From positions 124,001 to 188,000 of the forward strand of contig NIVC01001037.1 in assembly GCA_002269645.1 (NCBI GenBank): a stretch of DNA of 64,000 nucleotides, written 5' to 3'. This document shows, one piece after another, positions 60,801-64,000 of the stretch. The first letter of the stretch is position 1, and each line of letters begins with the position of its first letter. The translations under genes and the position numbers were made by a program. The notes under the pieces are model-generated. The model was given only the letters and a program-made list of their open reading frames with translations, had not been told where the DNA came from and made no database searches. The DNA comes from Macrostomum lignano. Its lineage: Eukaryota.

Positions 60801-63023
60801 TGTCCGACAGGGCCCGGCCGCTCCGAGAGCTGACCCGGCAGGCTGCCGAGTGGACATGGGGCGAGCAACAGGAGGCCGCGTTCAAGGACATCAAGCAAAC
60901 GATCGCCAGCAGCGAGGCGCTGGCATTCTTCAACAGCAAGCTTCCGATCCAGCTAATCGTGGACGCCAGCCCCACGGGCGTCGGCGCCATCCTCGCCCAA
61001 GTCCAACCTGACGGATCGACGCGGCCGGTGGCGTACGCGAGCCGCAGCCTGAGCCCGACCGAGCAGCGCTACTCCCAGACGGAGCGGGAGGCGCTCGCAG
61101 TGAATTAGTGAATTAAGAGGCGGCCTGAAGTTTCATCACTACCTCAGCGGCGGCGGCAGCTTCAAGGTGATCACCGACCACAAGCCGCTGGAATCCCTGT
61201 TTAGCCCGGGGTCGCGGCCGCCGCCCCGCATTGAGCGCATGGCGCTGCGACTGCAAGACCTGGTCTTCCAAGTGGTTTATCAGCCCGTCCGACTTCCTGA
61301 GCCGCCAGCCGCTGCCAATGCCGCCGAACAACGTCGGCGAGCAGGCGGATGCGATCTACGTGGCCACGGCAGTGCGGGCGGCCACCCCGGTGTCCATCAG
61401 CCTGGCCACCATGAAGGCCGCCTCCGACCAAGATTCCACCGTCCAAGCAGCTTTGCACGCCATCCGCGGGAACCAGTGGGACAAGAGCGACCTGAGCCTA
61501 CAGGGACTGCACGGCGGGCCCACGAGTTGTCCGAGCTGGACGGCCTGCTGCTGTGCCGCAGCCAACTGTACATGCCGACGGCTCTGCGGTACCGGTGCCT
61601 GCAGCTGGCCCACTAGGGCCACCAGGGCGTCAGAAAAACGCTGGACCGCCTACAACCGAAGGTCTCGTGGCCTGGCATGCGAGCATCCGTGGGGGCGCAC
61701 GTGGCAGCCTGCATCAGCTGCCAGGCCTGCACCCGCGAAACCTCGCCGAAAACCACGCCGCTCAAGCCGACCGAACTACCGGAGGGCCCCTGGCTCGAGC
61801 TGGGGCTGGACTTCCTCGGACCGGTAAGCGGCAAGTCTCTGCTCGTCTGCACCGACCACTTCTCCAGGTTCCCGCTCGTGGAGGTCATGCCCAGCACCAC
61901 CGCCTCCGCCGTCATCAAGGTGCTGCGCCGGTGGTTTAGCATCTTCGGGCAGCCGACGAAGGTAACTACGGACAACGGCCCGCCCTTCGCATCGGCCGAG
62001 TTCAGCAGCTTCCTGGCGGATCAGGACGCCCGGCACCATCGAATCACGCCTCTCTACCCTCCGGCAAACGGCGCAACGGAGCGGTGCAACTAGGGGCTAA
62101 ACAAGGCCATTCGCGCGGCGGTCCTCGAAGGTCGGCACTGGACGCTGGCCTTGGAGGAATACCTGGCAGCGTACAGGCGCACTCCACACTGCACCACAGG
62201 CGTCGCAGCAGACCACGCCATCCGTCCGGGCGACCGCGTTCTGAGGCGTCTGCAATCCCGGCAGAAGACCGACGCCTTCTATGAGTCAGTACCATAAACT
62301 GTGGCCGAGGTCCAGGGCGACTCCCTGCTCATGCAGCGCGACGACGTCGTCTGCCGCAGGCATGCCACGCAGGTCAAGCGGCTGTCCGAGCAGTCTAAGC
62401 AGTCCGATGAGAAGCCGCTCTTGCCGCCTGGCCTCCCTGAGCCCATGGAGCCGATCGCCGCCCGGCCGCATCCCCGGCAAGCAAAGGACCCGGAGAGGAA
62501 CTACAAAGAGCCCGACCTGCGCAGAAGCTGATCGACTTGATTTACTGACTGTCTCTTAAATGGACTGCATATGCACGAACTGTTAGTCACTTTTTATGGT
62601 TCCCTTTGTGTTTTCCCCGTTACTTTTAATCCACTCGAGGAGGATGTCGACGCCCATCCACCCATCCACATACCTCAAGACAGGTAGACAACCATCCACA
62701 TACCTCAAGACAATTAGAAACCCATCCAAATACCTCAAGACAGGTAGACAACCACCCACATACCTCAAGACAGGTAGACAACCATCCACATACCTCAGGA
62801 CAGGTAGACAACCATTCCAATGCCCCAAATACCTCAGGACAGGTAGACAAACACACTCCAATGCTCCACGTACCTTAAGACAGGCAGACACCCTCTCATA
62901 TACCCTAGACGTAAAGACACTCATTGCACTACCTGAGTACAAAGCGTCTTCAACATCAGGTGCGGCTTGTGGTGCGCGGCGCCGACACTTCGGTCTTTGT
63001 TGCTTCCGACGCGATGAGACCAT
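54833..63023 (-). CDS. BCL11: BCL11 (CTIP)-like C2H2 zinc-finger transcription factor, compact form (~292 aa model)
   Basis: The last exon 55319-54833 has the BCL11 C-terminal triplet [49 protein letters not shown]...[18 protein letters not shown] (high confidence). Exon 63023-62933 starts [11 protein letters not shown], a NuRD-binding MSRRKQ-type motif. Phase-compatible middle exons 57512-57411 (..AEPS) and 56174-55976 ([15 protein letters not shown]) are less certain. Confidence 0.82.
55357..55925. repeat. Interstitial telomere-like array (CCCCTAA)n / (TTAGGGG)n inside the last BCL11 intron
   Basis: ~80 copies of a 7-mer with scattered CCCTAA, CCCCTAT and CCCCCTAA variants; unique sequence on both sides. 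Confidence 0.96.
56222..57368. repeat. Intronic minisatellite, 34-bp unit GGGAA(C/T)ACAGGTGATAACTCACTGGAGT(A/G)CCTGA
   Basis: ~34 copies with several variant classes. Confidence 0.95.
58085..59225. repeat. Purine-rich minisatellite, 24-bp unit AGATAGAAAGGGAGATAGAATAAC
   Basis: ~45 copies; an 8-codon periodicity creates the 400-aa spurious ORFs. Confidence 0.95.
59550..60100. repeat. 39-bp minisatellite CATACCTCAGAACAGGTAGACAACCATTCCAATGCCCCA, left part
   Basis: ~14 copies; the same array resumes at 62650-62890 on the other side of the Gypsy element. Confidence 0.94.
60108..62647 (+). mobile_element. Decayed Ty3/Gypsy LTR retrotransposon: 5' LTR, PBS, partial gag, RT-thumb/RNase H, integrase; protease and most of RT deleted; 3' LTR absent
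   Basis: 184-bp LTR 60108-60291 with TGTAATG...CATTACA ends, then TGGCGTCGC (PBS-like) at 60293. gag ATG at 60313 ([17 protein letters not shown]). [56 protein letters not shown]...[24 protein letters not shown] in RNase H then integrase order. Purine tract GAGGAGGA followed by TGT at 62637-62647. Multiple stops and frameshifts. Confidence 0.92.
62650..62890. repeat. Continuation of the 39-bp minisatellite family (shorter 27-bp variants)
   Basis: CACATACCTCAAGACAGGTAGACAACC units identical to those at 59580-59680. Confidence 0.9.
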
Positions 63024-63174
63024 CGTTCTCACATTAACTGCAGCTGAAATCGCACAGGACAGAGGCTCGAATCTGTGCAGCGTGAGTAACGCTGGGATCC
63101 AGTTCATATTTATTAGCGAGACAAAGAACCCCAACCAATTAGCCAATAAGCCAGAGTTTCTAATTTCGGAGCCA

Positions 63175-64000
63175 CACCCACATTTTGGAGCTGATTGCAT
63201 CCCAATATGGAGCTGATTGCACCCCCACAATGGAGCTGATTGCACCCCAATATGGAGCTGATTGCACCCCACATTATCGAGCTGATTGCACCCACACAAT
63301 GAAGCTGATTGCAACCCATATTATGGAGCTGATTGCACCCCACATTATGGAGCTGATTGCACCCCAATATGGAGCTGATTGCACCCCACATTATGGAGCT
63401 GATTGCACCCCACATTATGGAGCTGATTGCACCCATACTAAGGAGCTGATTGCACCCCAATATGGAGCTGATTGCAACCCATATTTTGGAGATGATTGCA
63501 CCCCACATTATGGAGCTGATTGCACCCCACATTATGGAGCTGATTGCAACCCATATTTTGGAGATGATTGCACCCCACATTATGGAGCTGATTGCACCCC
63601 AATATGGAGCTGATTGCAACCCATATTTTGGAGACGATTGCACCCCACATTATGGAGCTGATTGCACCCACACTATGGAGCTGATTGCACCCCACATTAT
63701 GGAGCTGATTGCACCCACACTATGGAGCTGATTGCACCCCACATTATGGAGCTGATTGCACCCACACTATGGAGCTGATTGCACCACACAATTGAGCTGA
63801 TTGCACCCATACTAAGGAGCTGATTGCACCCATACTAAGGAGCTGATTGCACCCCAATATGGAGCTGATTGCAACCCATATTTTGGAGATGATTGCACTC
63901 CACATTATGGAGCTGATTGCACCCCACATTATGGAGCTGATTGCAACCCATATTTTGGAGATGATTGCACCCCACATTATGGAGCTGATTGCACCCCACT
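63175..64000. repeat. Minisatellite, ~22-24-bp unit GGAGCTGATTGCACCCCACATTAT, running off the window end
   Basis: More than 30 copies with several variant classes. Confidence 0.95.

Noticed and set aside
62909-63081. Plus-strand exon (AG..GT bounded, open frame)
   Set aside because: The opposite strand encodes the MVSSRRKQ NuRD-type motif with a phase-compatible donor, which better explains the segment as BCL11 exon 1.
3945-64000. Long ORFs across repeats (e.g. 8111-9238, 28123-29001, 36189-37020, 44523-45524, 58006-59242, 59474-60142, 63113-63977)
   Set aside because: They are periodic translations of minisatellites lying in introns of identifiable genes, and they are open in several frames or strands at once.

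Overview
Eukaryotic (invertebrate) genomic DNA with GT-AG spliced genes, GC-rich exons and AT-rich or minisatellite-filled introns. About 20 kb (~30%) of the window is tandem repeat. The style suggests a free-living flatworm such as Macrostomum (inference, not proven). Gene models, built by hand with splice phases checked: ANKDD1-like ankyrin + death domain gene (+, 3761-13373); a tandem trio of secreted PAN/apple + fibrinogen-domain genes (one intact, one frameshifted, one pseudogene; -, 14340-20164); an acetylcholine-gated Cys-loop subunit with an anion-type Pro-Ala motif (-, 21066-29241); intronless MFSD11 plus a truncated duplicate; a protein with an AK5-type docking/dimerisation domain but no kinase (-, 37182-38573); a RalGDS/RGL-like GEF (+, 41663-46373); a small four-TM claudin/PMP22-like gene (+, 51868-54203); and a compact BCL11-like zinc-finger gene (-, 54833-63023) whose introns hold a (TTAGGGG)n array, several minisatellites and a decayed Gypsy element. 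Mobile DNA: a hAT-type MITE with an 8-bp TSD, four CORE-type tRNA-SINEs, a second tRNA-SINE with a 13-bp TSD, RTE and R1/Loa/I-type LINE fragments, and a 763-bp structured non-coding insert with a 41-bp direct duplication. No CRISPR, rRNA or bona fide tRNA genes. Most long ORFs in the supplied track are repeat artefacts. I found no single unmistakably new system; the best leads are listed as findings.
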